The notes under the pieces: generated by a model | Database searches by the model: none | The model's input: only the letters and a program-made list of their open reading frames with translations | What the model was told of the DNA's origin: nothing | Part shown: positions 36,697 to 49,080 of the stretch, one piece after another | How the letters are laid out: each line of letters opens with the position of its first letter | Position numbering within the stretch: position 1 is the stretch's first letter | Translations under genes and position numbers: made by a program | From: Camelus ferus | Taxonomy: Eukaryota | DNA: 64,000 nucleotides | Direction: 5' to 3' | NCBI RefSeq assembly: GCF_009834535.1 | Contig: NC_045707.1 | Coordinates: 62,002,001 to 62,066,000, forward strand

Positions 36697-37236
36697 GTAG
36701 GTGATAGGAACAGAGACAGAAATGGGATGTCAGGAAAAATGAGGATCACTTGCTGGCAACTGTCTATTCAGTTGCCAAAAAATTAAACAGTTTGAGTTTC
36801 ATGGTGGTATTAGTGCTACTGCTTAGAAACTAGCAGTTAATTTTTTATACCCCTCTGCCATCCCCACCTTTGTTCTCATAAAGCAAACAGATTTAGCTTC
36901 TAATGCACAGAGTGATGTCATAATGAAAAAGGGTATTTCTCTAAAGGGGAGTATTTCTTTCTAAGATTGTAGCATTTTAAACTGCACTAACAGAAGCATC
37001 ATCAGGAGAGGGAAAAAAGAGAATTATTTAAACCTAAATATAACTTCAATATACAACATAGTGTGTCAGAGTATTATTCTTGTTTGAAATTACTGGAATT
37101 CTCATAAAGGCTTTGGCAGGGCATATATAGTAAAGCTCCCAAGCTGTTGGAAAGTGAAAATGGTGAAGCTAACACAATGAAAATATTGCATTTTACACTG
37201 CATTTGATTTATAAATAACATCCTTGTTTTTTAAAG

Positions 37237-37356
37237 TCAAATAAAGGGGTGCTGACTTCATGTCTCAAAAATAGGGATCATTTTGCCCTTCCTGACATGG
37301 ACGAATCCCATGATAGCTACTCAGGTGTGTGGTGGCAAGTGAGCCTAATAGATGAG
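37237..37356 (+). pseudogene. Fossil exon candidate (phase 0 to 0)
   Basis: CCTTGTTTTTTAAAG acceptor, GAG|GTAACA donor. Open frame SNKGVLTSCLKNRDHFALPDMDESHDSYSGVWWQVSLIDE. Confidence 0.6.
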
Positions 37357-38419
37357 GTAACATAATGCACTTTGTGTAAATCATCCAAACACGTTTTAAA
37401 GCCCAAATATTTTATACATAAATAAAATTTGCAGTGCAAAACTTACAAAGTACTAGGGTTCTTCACCCTCATTTTTTTTTCCTTAACCCTAGCTCTTAAT
37501 CAGGTCATTGGCTTTCTTAAACACCCTGATGCAATGTCCAACCATTCCTCCAAAAACCTCCCTCAGAGACAAATTATTATGTCAAATCACCTCTGTTTCT
37601 TCTGTGTCATTGCAAGTTCCCAACCCTTTTTCTTTTCTTTTTTAAATTTTCTATTTCAAAATACTTCCTCTTTTCCAATTCTCTCCCAACATATTTTTCC
37701 ATATTTCTTCCTCAAGAATCTGTAGATGATGGCAATAATTGCTAAATGAATAATATATGGAGTAAAATGTGATTAGCTGAAATGCCAGCCTTATTTTTAT
37801 TGCAAATCAGCAACTTAAATTGTATCAAAGTAGACCATTTTCTTATTTATGGATGTGGAGAAAGTGCATATTTGTTTGGAATTCTAATGAGAAAATGAGA
37901 GCTAGATATTATCTAATTTGAGAATACGTTAAAACTAAATTAGGTATTTTCTCAGCATAGTGACATCATATTTCAAGCTTTACACCTGCAGGACTAGAGC
38001 TGATCGTTGAGCTTGCATATACGCATTCTTCTGTAGAATTTTTAGTAATCTTAATGGCAATCGGTGGTGATGAATTAGAGCTGATGGTGAGCTAAGAAGC
38101 AGGATGAGCTCGTTAATCAATTCTATACACTATCTGTCACATGTAACTTTGGAATTATCTGTTTCCTTCTCATATCTGGAAAAGCCTAGTTGCCAGATGA
38201 CTATTGATAAAATGTCATAGTGAAAAAATATCTGAAATTGGAGTATATCTACTTTGATATAAAGTACCAGAATTATAAAAGAAGAGCAGAATTTGGTATT
38301 ATATTAACTCTCACAGACACCAAGTCAGTACTTTACATAATATTAGAATGAAGACTTGAAATAAGTTAGGTATTAATTATATCATCTTTAACTGAATAAA
38401 GGAACTATAGCCTAGGCCC

Positions 38420-39530
38420 TAAATTAATATGCTGATGACTCCCAAATCTGAATATTAAGGCTGGATCTGATTCCCACATCTATATCTTAAGCTCTAAATT
38501 GTCATTAGAACTCCAGCCTCATAATCTAACTGTCTATATCATCTGTACATGGAGGTATGCCAAGTTTCTCAAAGTTAGTGTAACCAAAAAGGAACTCTTG
38601 CCCTAAGCCCTCAAACCTCTTTCTGCCTCAGCCCTCCATTTCAGTAAGAATGTCACAGTCTACTCTACAGCTTAAACAAAAAATCATGAGTCTAACTGAT
38701 CAGGCTCTTTTACTCACTTCTCATCTCTAACCTATCAGCAAGTCAAGCCACCGACCTCAGTATATTTCCATGTATTTTTCACCATTCCCACTACTAATAC
38801 CCTAATTCAAGTCACTGTGGTTTCTCAGCAAGATTATGGTAAAATTCAGTTTCCTGATTTTCCAGCTTTCCTTTTTGCCCTTTCCTTCTGTTGTCCACAA
38901 TATGATCTAAATAATGGCCTAAAAGTCAAACCAGATCATGCCAATCCCTACTTAATTTTTTCTTTTCTTTTTTTTTTCTTACTATTTTCTTAGAATGATT
39001 GTCAAAATCTTTATAGACTTAAAATCCATACACGTATGGCTCTTGCTAAATGTTCAGACCTCAGCTTGAATCACTCTCTCCCTACATATTTTACGCCAAA
39101 ATTACTGGAATGAGTTTCTTGATTATGGCAAGTTGGTCCCCATCTCTAGGTCTTTGCAAAAATTATTCTCTCTGCTTAAAATATTCTTCTGTTTAACTTT
39201 CTCAAGGCTGGCTCTTTCTTGCCATTCAGATCTCTTAAACATCAGTGTAAGTACCTGATTCCTTCCCTGACCTCTCAAATGGTGGTAGCCACCCAGACAA
39301 TCTCTTTCAAATTACCCTATTTTAATTCCCTGCATAGCTCTTAACAATATCTGGTATTTCTTAAGTATCTATGTATTTTATTTCTACTATCTCTCCCTAC
39401 CAGGATACAAACTCCATCAGAGCATGAAACTCATCTGTTTTATTCAGTCTTCTATACTCAAGGTGTGTAATAGTGATTGGTGCATTTACACATTCTATAA
39501 GTATTTTCCAAATAAACTGATTAATGAATT
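38420..39530 (+). mobile_element. L2 LINE 3' region
   Basis: tatgctgatgactcccaaatct...agatcatgcca...aaactccatcagagca...taatgaat. Confidence 0.8.
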
Positions 39531-39759
39531 ATATATTATCAACTGCGTAATTATTCTAACTTAGTAAGTGTGAATCAGGCAGGAAACCATATGGGAAAAT
39601 AGTAAAAATGTTGAATCTACCTGCCAACTTACCATGTTAATTAGATTCGTTTGTTGTCCCATGTTGGATTGGGTTGGAATATTTGCAAGTTTACCTTATC
39701 CTTTTGGATTATAAAAATTCTAACATAACAAGTTATCGAATCCATATATGATAACATAA

Positions 39760-39985
39760 AGCTTATTATGTTCTGTGCAATGACATAAGTGCATTGCACA
39801 TGCTAACTCATATAATGTTGTAACATCATCATAATATAAATTTTATTTTATAGAGGAGGAAACTAAAGCACAAAAAGATTAAATAACTAGCACAAAATTA
39901 TACATCTGGTAAGAAACAGAGTTGGGAATCAAACCTAGCAGCCTAAATTATCTGTGTTTATAGTCACTAAGTTGCCTCTTAACCA
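39760..39985 (-). mobile_element. MIR SINE
   Basis: ttttatagaggaggaaactaaagcacaaaaagattaaataact. Confidence 0.75.
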
Positions 39986-40367
39986 TGAAATGCAGCTTAA
40001 CTTATTCAGGCAACATTCAGCAATTACTTACTGGTAGATTATGGTGTTGATGGCAAAGTATTAAATATTTTAGATACAAAGACAACCATTACAGTTGTAT
40101 TCTTTAGGAAACTTTTATTCTTCATGGGCTGGCTGAAGAGTTAAAAATTAGTGAAGTGTCAATTATAATACGTGTAGAAAATGCTTGATAAATAAAAGTG
40201 TCAGGTACTACATGAACTCATAGAAACATCCAGGAAGTACACCTGACATACTGAGGAAGGGAATTTGCCAGCCAAGGGATCTTGGAGGAGTTCGAGTTGC
40301 CTAGGAGAAGAATAGGCATGTTCATTGCAGAGGAATACAGCAGAGTAAAATCTAAAGTGAAGGTCTA

Positions 40368-41206
40368 CGATAAGGTATGACCTCACACCAATCAGAATGG
40401 CTATCATTCAAAAGTCCACAAATGACAAATGCTGGAGAGTCTGTGGAGAAAAGGGAACCCTCCTACACTGCTGGTGGGAATGCAGTTTGGTTCAGCCACT
40501 GTGGAAAACAATGTGGCGATTCCTCAAAAGACTAGGAATAGACTTTACCATATGACCCAGCAATCCCACTCCTGGGCCTATATCCAGAAGGAACCCTACT
40601 TCAGAGACACTTGCACCCCAATGTTCACAGCAGCACTATTTACGACAGCCAAGACATGGAAACAGCCTAAATGTCCATCGACAGATGACTGGATAAAGAA
40701 GATGTGGCATATTTATACAATGGAATACTATTCAGCCATAAAAAATGACAACACAATGTCATTTGCAGCAACATGGACGTCCCTGGAGAATGTCATTCTA
40801 AGTGAAGTAAGCCAGAAAGAGAAAGAAAAATACCATATGAGATCACTTGTATGTGGAATCTAAAAAAAAAAAAAAAAAAAAAAAAAGAACATAAATACAA
40901 AAGAGAAACAGACTCATAGACATAGAATACAAACTTGTGGTTGCCTAGGGAGCAGGAGGTGGGAAGGGACAGACTGGGCTTTCATAATGTAGAGTAGATA
41001 AACAAGATTATACTGTATAGCACAGGGGAATATATACAAGATCTTGTGGTAGCTCACAGCAAAAAAAATATGTGACAATGAATATATGAATGTTCATGTA
41101 TAACTGAAAAATTGTGCTCTACACTGGAATTTGACACAACATTGTGAAATGACTATAACTCAATAAAAATGTTAAAAAAAATAATAAAAAATAAAAATAA
41201 AATAAA
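40368..41206 (+). mobile_element. Young 5'-truncated L1 (ORF2 C-terminus, 3' UTR, poly(A))
   Basis: TCTPMFTAALFTTAKTWKQPKCPSTDDWIKKMWHIYTMEYYSAIK is L1 ORF2. Perfect 15-bp TSD TAAAGTGAAGGTCTA (40353-40367 and 41207-41221). Confidence 0.97.
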
Positions 41207-41245
41207 TAAAGTGAAGGTCTAACCTCCATACGTTTTGTGTGACAG

Positions 41246-41382
41246 GGCTACCCTGAGTTCTCAGACATTCTCAGTGTGACCAGCTCTTTTGCTGGCTGTC
41301 AGTAATGTGTGTTCTCATGTGAATCACTCTTCTAATTCCTATATTCAGTGGCCTTTCTGACTTACTAATTACAAAGTGAACT
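41246..41382 (+). pseudogene. Fossil exon candidate (phase 0 to 2)
   Basis: TTTTGTGTGACAG acceptor, GTAAGT donor. GYPEFSDILSVTSSFAGCQ*CVFSCESLF*FLYSVAFLTY*LQSE. Confidence 0.45.
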
Positions 41383-42789
41383 GTAAGTGATTGCAGCAGA
41401 ACTATTTTTTCTCATGCTATACAAAAGAAAGAAATGAAGGAGGTGACAATGACCTAAGTAAGGAATTTAAGAACTTGTAGACATAAATAACTTTAAAACA
41501 CACAAATAATACAATTTTAAAATGCTACAGCTAGAAACATTTTTAAAGGATTATTTTTAAAGGAATTGTCCATGACAAACATTTTTATGTTTAACAGTAA
41601 CCAAAAATATGACCATTAATGTCTTTAAGGTAATTTAAATTGAGTTTTAGTAACTCCTCTGACAAGCAACCTTCAACTATCTCTTCACAAATATAATAAA
41701 TCAATGTTGAAAGAATAAATATCAAACTAATCACCACAGAGCTGAACTTCTATTTTCCTTTTTTACATTTTAAGCAGTAAAATCTGTGGATTGTTACTTT
41801 ATAACACTGTTCCTAGAAAAAGTAATTCTACTCATCTGAAATTGTCTTTGTGCATGTGTGTGTGTGTGTATGTGTGTTCTTTTCCCTTGATGAACACTTT
41901 TGGAATCAAAAGAGATAGACAGATTTAAAATATTTACTTTTATCCAATGCCCTATCATCACAGAGGAATTCTTGGTAGTTACATTAATCAAAAAAGAGAA
42001 AAATAAAAATAAAACTAGAATATGTTCTACCATCAGACTTCAGGAAATCGTTAGGATGTTAAAGACTCTAATGCAACGAAACCTTTAAAAGTGGTAATTT
42101 CTTTCTTTTGTATTAGCTTACTTTTTATACATTAGTATGTGACTGAAGAAGAAAACAGAGCAGTTCATCTCTTTTCCACTTATTGGTTCATTTCCTCTCA
42201 GAAATGAAGATCTACCTCATGATTAATTGCACAACTTTTCAGTAGCTATAGTTGTTGCTAAAGAACGTTTCATCAGAAACTTGAGAGAAAATTTAGAGAC
42301 ATTTATCAAAGTTTCCATTTGGAGTCTAGAGAAACAATAAAGTAGATATTGACTTCTCTTGAGCAATGGATTGTGATTTATAGATTCAAAGGGAGAGTCA
42401 ATATTTACCTTCAGTGAAAAAGATTCTTGATGGTCAATGAAATGTGAAATTTAATACATTGTTTCTAATCAGAACTATCTTGCAATCTGTTAAATGACAC
42501 TGTTAGATAACACTTATATTTCTTCATTTATAAAAATGTATGTGCGCTTTAAGAAATTCTGTAATATATAGAGCATTAAAAGTAGAAAAGTTACCAATAT
42601 TTTCTCATCAAAAGAAAAGCAACTGTTAATATTTTAATGTATTTCATGCCATTTTCTTAGAAAAATATTTGGGTGTGTTTATATATATAAATTTTTATTT
42701 TAAGTATGATAAAATAAAATATGTAGCTTGCATTATTCCTCCCCAGTATACATTCTTTATTCTTTCAAATGGATTAATCACCTTTACCT

Positions 42790-43152
42790 ATTGACTTATG
42801 ACTTGCTAAACCTTATGTGCAAGAAGTGTACACGTCCAACCCACTGACATTGTGTTTGTCCATGAACACTGCTTTGGCCAATGGCATGGAGCATATATAC
42901 ACTACCTCATCCAAGCTTTAAGAGCCATTACATGTTCCCAACAGCAATCTTGCTGTTTTCTGTCACAAAAGCAACTTGTGTCATATGAAGGCTTCTCTTT
43001 CAGGATGGATCCAGAGTGAGAAGACATATAGACGAGGGAAACCAATACCGCCTTGCAGATGCTGACATGTAATGTTTGTAAGAAACAAGCATTTACTGTT
43101 GTAAACCACTGTGATGTTAGGCTACTCTTACTGTGTAAAAGTTACTAATATA
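42790..43152 (+). mobile_element. MaLR (MLT1-type) LTR
   Basis: ctgctttggccaatggcatg...tttaagagcca...ctgttgtaaaccactgtgatgtt. Confidence 0.7.
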
Positions 43153-43189
43153 TTCAAAAGCATTAATAATGTATCATTTTTAGACATAC

Positions 43190-44190
43190 AAACTTACTAG
43201 TAATAAAGGAAATACTGATAGAGTCAACTAATTCAAAATTAAGATTTTTTACCAATCAAAAGATTCCATAAAAAAGTAAAAATAAAACCCACATTCTCAG
43301 AGAAGGTTATTTGCCACAAAAAGAATAAATAAATTCAAAACACTTTCAGATATTATATATAAATATATAGACGTATTATAATTAATGTTTTAATATATGG
43401 TAATAAATATTACACTTATATATAAATATATCCTATATAACATATTTATAATATATAAAAAATTAATATGAAGTTCAATTAGCAAAAGACAATCTGATAG
43501 GAAAATGGGCAAGATGAATGAATGGGCATTTTGCAGAAGAGAAAGATCAAATATCAAATAAATATTTAAAGATGCTGGAATTCCTTACTGATTAAGAAAA
43601 TGCAAGTTAAGAATACAATAAGATACAGTTTTACTCTGACTGTATTGGCAAAAAGTAAAACTACTCCTTGTTGAAAAAAGTTTGTATCAAATAGGCAATA
43701 GGAATGCTAACTCTTTAGTTTGGAGTGTATTGGTACAATCACTGTAGTAAACAAACCGGTTCTTCCTTTTAAAACTGAAAGTGTACACATGGTATTCCTC
43801 AGAGAGTTCACTCTTTATAAGAGAGAGCTTTTGTACTTCTGTACTAGGAGACCAGGAAACAGCAGAGCTATTCCAAGGAGAAAGCACGCAGGAAAACGCC
43901 CAAGTATTCTTGGACAGGAAGATAGGTAGAAAGACTATTAAGTACTTCCAGACAAGTATGATGCAGCCACATACAAAACATAGATGAATCTTTAGATATA
44001 GTGGCTACTTTAAAAAGAAAGAAAAAGAGAAAAAAAAAAGAAGGAAGACACAGAAGTCAGGAGCGAGGGGAAATAGTGCTTAGTGAAATCAGTCTGACAG
44101 AGAAAGGCAAATACTGTGTGTTATCATTTACATGTGGAAACCAAAAATAAACAAACAAATATAAAAAACTGAAACATAAAAACTGGAAGA
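43190..44190 (+). mobile_element. Old L1 ORF2-end fragments with an AT-rich low-complexity insert
   Basis: aaaatgggcaag...aagaaaatgcaagttaag...attggcaaaa...tagtgaaatcagtctgacagagaaaggcaaatactgt. Confidence 0.7.
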
Positions 44191-44574
44191 AGACATTCTC
44201 TAGCAATAGCAATGGATAATTCCTATTGCAATGGACAAAGCTTAATGCTTATTGAAGACTTCAGCTGAAAAGGTTTTGTAATGGCTAGTCAAACTTCAAG
44301 TCTGGCTTTCTGGTCATCAACTGCAGAGCTTCTGGTCAGCCATGACTTTGGTGGTGGATTCTTGAATGTTTCTGAATTCTGGGTGACGGAGCACATTCTT
44401 GACCCCTCAAACACAATTTTCATGCTTCGTGGCATCCCCCTTGTTTTCACACTTCTAGCCTTTCCAACAAGTTTGTAAATGCCTGACTTCCTCTAGTAAT
44501 TTCTTTTATGCCTGAAATATCAAAAATAATTTGTTTACTTAAAATTAAGAATGACTGATACAAGTCTTTTCTCA

Positions 44575-44840
44575 CATAAATCTTTCTTGGGTGCTAACTC
44601 TGTGCCAGGTATTACTCTAAATGTTTTAAATTAAATACATTGGTATGTTTCATTCTATCAAGAAGCCAATAATGTAGGCAATGCTATCATTCTCATTTAA
44701 AACATAAGGAAATTAAAGCATAGAAATGTTTAATATTTTTTTTCCTTTTTCTTCCTTCTCATACAGCAAGTGAGTGGTAGAACCCGGATTCACACTCAGT
44801 CTGGTTATACAGCCCGCGCTTTTAATTACTCTGCATCTCT
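44575..44840 (-). mobile_element. MIR SINE
   Basis: tgctaactctgtgccagg...aaggaaattaaagcataga...gaacccggattcacactcag. Confidence 0.75.
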
Positions 44841-44975
44841 GTCTCACTCGTAAAGCTCATACGGTATTTATCCTACTTACCTAAGGGGAATGTTAGGCTG
44901 TGAGTCACATAGGTATATGCATTTTTTTCTCACTGGCCTAATATTTGTGTTTATATATTTCCTGTTTACTCTCAG

Positions 44976-45167
44976 ATTGTTCGGGGAAAATCTATTGCCT
45001 GCTGATCGCTCTAATGTGGTATGCTCACCCCAATCCCAGATGTCGTACTGTATTCTTTCCGAGCAGTTCTATCAAGACTTAGATTAAATCAACCTTCCTC
45101 TGACCTATTGGCTGAAGTGGATTTCCCCTATAACAGATGAGAAGTATTATTTCTCATATATTATCAG
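44976..45167 (+). pseudogene. Fossil exon candidate (phase 2 to 2)
   Basis: TTTCCTGTTTACTCTCAG acceptor, CAG|GTAGTT donor. LFGENLLPADRSNVVCSPQSQMSYCILSEQFYQDLD*INLPLTYWLKWISPITDEKYYFSYII (1 stop). Confidence 0.6.
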
Positions 45168-45829
45168 GTAGTTGAGAATATTATAATAATAACTTCAAAA
45201 CTCCATATAAAATTAAACTTCATAGTTTTGCTACTGGAAAAATATTTAATTTGCAATAGATTTCAATGAGAGAATGTCATACTGTTATAAAAATTTATTT
45301 TATAAAATTATTGCAAGGTGCTCAGATATGTATTCAATAAGTAATTTTGTCAAGATTACAAAGAATAGCAAAACTATAAGCTTTTAATATTTTGAAACAA
45401 AAAAAGGTTTTCTTTCAACTTGATGTGAATGTATTGCCTAATAAAAATGACAAAATTCATTCTCATCAGCTGTCCTGAGATTCATTTTATTGTGTTTAAA
45501 CACCAGTATAATTACTTAGTAGTTATTATTTCATTTCTTTGAAAATATTGATTAGAGTATTTATTTCTAGCATTTCACTTTTCAAGATTTATTTTGACTG
45601 TGAGAAATACTCAAATTAAACAAAATTATTTGCATATGTAATTTTTCATGCCAGAGGTGATTCTAATTATATCCATTATCATATTTATTTTATATCTTAC
45701 ACAATGTTCTTATCATTTTATTACAGATCATTAAATATAACTATTTGCATATTTTAACCATTTATGCCCTTTTAACTTCAATTGATTTTAAGTTTTGCAA
45801 TTATGTCTTTCTCACATCACTCATATCAG

Positions 45830-46057
45830 CTGCCCAAATGTAGCTCAGGCTTAAATGCACACAGACTTGTCTTATTTCACTGGTCCTATCTGGTGGCAAG
45901 TTAAAGCCAGTTACAGTTGACCATACTTTGCAACTCCTTCAGCTGGAGTTAAATGCTCCATAAATTCCTTTATTTTACAGACCCATTCTGTAACTTCTAA
46001 ATTTCTTACTAGACAGTGTGGATTTTTTGCACATGCCCACGTTTGATTTACCTCCAA
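45830..46057 (+). pseudogene. Fossil exon candidate (phase 2 to 2)
   Basis: TCATATCAG acceptor, GTAAAT donor. CPNVAQA*MHTDLSYFTGPIWWQVKASYS*PYFATP... (3 stops in 75 codons). Confidence 0.45.
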
Positions 46058-48819
46058 GTAAATGAGCAAAAAGTAACCTATTATCCATAGAAAGGCAAGT
46101 GTTCCCCCTTTTACTTTGTCACTTACTCCTCTAATGGCAGATGCTCATCATATCAATTTGTCAGTGTCCTCTTCATGTCGACAGTGTACACAAGATTGGT
46201 GTGACACGATAAACGGCAAAGCCCCAGGATGCAGAGTGTGGAAGCAATCGAGTGATGAGGGAGTCAGCTGATGTTACTTACAGGGCGTGTTATTATTGAG
46301 CCCTTGAATTCTGTGTCCACAGAACATTTTAGAGGTTAGGTTCAACTCGAGAACTGCCAAGAAAGCCAGAAGGAAGCATAATTCTTCATCTGTCAAGAAA
46401 GCTAGAAGTTTGCATAATTTTTCATAGTGTTACAGAAGGACAGAAACAGCCAAATAGGAAGTGCAGAGCACACAGTGGATTAGAAGAAAATAATCTGTTT
46501 TATATCTGCGTGATACAAAGAAAGAAAGTGAAACCCACAGCAAGAACGCAGACTGTCACTAAGCTTTAAACACTTGACCAAGTACAGGCAGAATCTGAAA
46601 ATATAACACAATTTGTAATAAATTCTTGAAGCAGACAACACAAAGTCAAAGACTGATTGGAGGAAGAGGCATGAATGGAACAGGGCTTGGGACATTTTCT
46701 TCAGTTACATCTGATCACATATTTCTTCAAACCCAATGTGAAAGGCTTGGAAGTTAATATAAGAACCACACTGGAGATTATTTCTAATACGTTTGTACGT
46801 AATTATGCTAAGTGAACTCTCTACTCAAATTATGCCGTTACTCCATGGTATGGTTCGATGATTTTCAATTAATCCTTTCATTATAAAGTACTTTACTGAA
46901 GAAAATCTTCATGCAACTTCTGCATAGGCATCTGGAAGTGATAATCACCAATCGATAACTGATTTCTAGAGCCTGGTTCCTAGAATGGGCTGGACAGCTA
47001 AGCCACACTCTATACGGACCGGTAAACGTATTAAGCAAGTTCCTGCTGGTTATGTCAGATGTTGCCTGTATGTACATTAGTGGCATGGTTATAAGATTTC
47101 TAACATCTCTGATAAACTAAAAACGTTAGCTGTATGAAGAAGAGGTTCACAGCACCACAGCGTTTACATTTACACTCTAATGGAGTCTCACATTAGGTAA
47201 CTGAGAATAATAAGCTTATGATCACCGAGGTGCATTAGAGACAGATAGCCTTCCAGATATGCCAACAATTTTCAGTCCCATTTACCATCTTTTAAAGACA
47301 GAACTATTACTATACATAATCCATTAATAAAGCTGCCAGAAGATGGTTGTTCTTGTAAAGAATACTGTGCTCCAAAAATAAGTGGCATTAACGTTACTCA
47401 GAAAACCTGAAGCTTCAGCGTAGTCTTGGGAACAATTAGGATTCTGTCACATAAGTGCTAGACTATATCTACTTAAACCGGTTTTCTGTATCATGGAAAG
47501 TAAAAATGTAATCAAAATGGATGCAAATGAATTTTAGAAAAGAGTTGAGCCACTTACTCTCAGAGGATATATAAGGGCTGGAAAACTTTCAACCAATTTA
47601 CTCACCCGTTCAAACTACATTTCCAAAAGTAAGCAGAGATTATTACACAAATATTTATTTATTAGATTTATAAAGTGTGGTCAGCTCAAGCTGCAGAAAA
47701 CTGTTGAGACAAAAATTATTTAACAACTAATGGAAGAACTTCTTAAGAGATATTTCTGCTACAGAAGTAGACTTTGGGAGAAAAATCTCTAGGGCTATTT
47801 CATGAGATACTATTACAACAGCAGAGATTTTTTTTTTCCAGATAACAGCAGAGATTTTTTTTTTTTACTCCCCTCACTGTCACAGTGCAAGACTAGGAAC
47901 AATGAATCAAATCACCAGACCCTCTGGAGAAAGGCAACAACATGCAAGTCTCTATTCCTATTAAAATAAGTAAATTGCATGCCCAGTTATCTCAGGGGCT
48001 AGGGAACATGATTATTGTACATTTGACGGTTGGATTCCTCACTTACAGCCTCTATTTGATTCCTTACGATGAAACACTTATCACTTGTAGAAGTAACAGA
48101 AAAAAAGGAAGGTTATTCTCTTTTCTTTCTCTTTGCCTTCTCTTCTTTCTCTTTACCCTTTATAATTTGATGACCCTTAACCATCATCATCATCATTGTA
48201 AGCTAAAAAGCAAAATGTGAATAAATGGATGGTTGAACATTAAAATGATGATAAAAGGGAAAGTAAAAATGGTGACATACTGCTACTATGCACTTGACTA
48301 TTTCAGGTAAGGAGTTATTATATCCACTTCTGTTTATAATGTTGTAAGAAAACTGAGGGTAAGAGAGATTATATAACTGACTCACAGAGATCAATGCAGC
48401 AGCATTTTAACACATGATGGGCTTTAGTAATGGATTAAAATCTTAGCTACATTAATTTCTTTCTTGGGAATAGTTGGTGGAATTGGTTAATCTCTATTTT
48501 CTAGAAAGTTTTGTATACCAGGTTCAAGTGATTTAAATTCTAAGACTGACCCAGAGGTTTTTTTTTTTTTTTTATCAATTAAATAATACATATTTGAAGC
48601 TCTTAGAAAGGAAGAGACTTTTGTATGTATGTGGGCATGGTGGGAGAGCGTTGTGAGCAAAGAAAAAAAAATTGGCAGCAGTAACTGTGTTCTTTTACAT
48701 ACAGTACTAGGTAAAAACATTTTTATAGTTCGAAGCATTCTTTCCCAAGTGATGGATATTTCTTATGACAGGTGTAGCATCAATGAGTCCTCATAAAGCA
48801 TGACTGAACTGTGCTGGGT

Positions 48820-49080
48820 GGTAGAACAGAATGGTGAGGAAGAGCATGGGTTCTACATTCAGATTGTCTGGATATAGAGCCTGGGTGTGCCGCTTACTAG
48901 CTACATGACCTGGAGTAAGCTACTTAATCTGTTTGCATCTTAGTTTATTCGTCTGTAAAATGACCCTAATCGTAGTGCTTACATCCCAAGGTCAGTGTGA
49001 GTTTTAAATTAGTAGATATAGGGAAAGTACCCCAAACTCTTTGGCACAGGGTAAATGCTACATACATGATACCTAGTCTC
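48820..49080 (+). mobile_element. MIR SINE
   Basis: agagcatgggttct...cttactagctacatgacctggagtaagctacttaatct...gtctgtaaaatg. Confidence 0.75.

Larger units (their letters stand above)
1255..46260 (+). pseudogene. Candidate large multi-exon unitary pseudogene of unknown identity, antisense host of ATXN7L3B
   Basis: About 30 AG...GT-bounded segments in repeat-free gaps, many open or with 1-3 stops and often phase-compatible. May extend beyond both ends. Found by eye; no homology search was possible. Confidence 0.6.

Noticed and set aside
40429..40863. 144-aa ORF
   Set aside because: L1 ORF2 C-terminus in a 5'-truncated copy.
1255..46260. Stops being revertible to CAA/CAG/CGA as evidence for coding origin
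   Set aside because: True of every stop codon, so uninformative.
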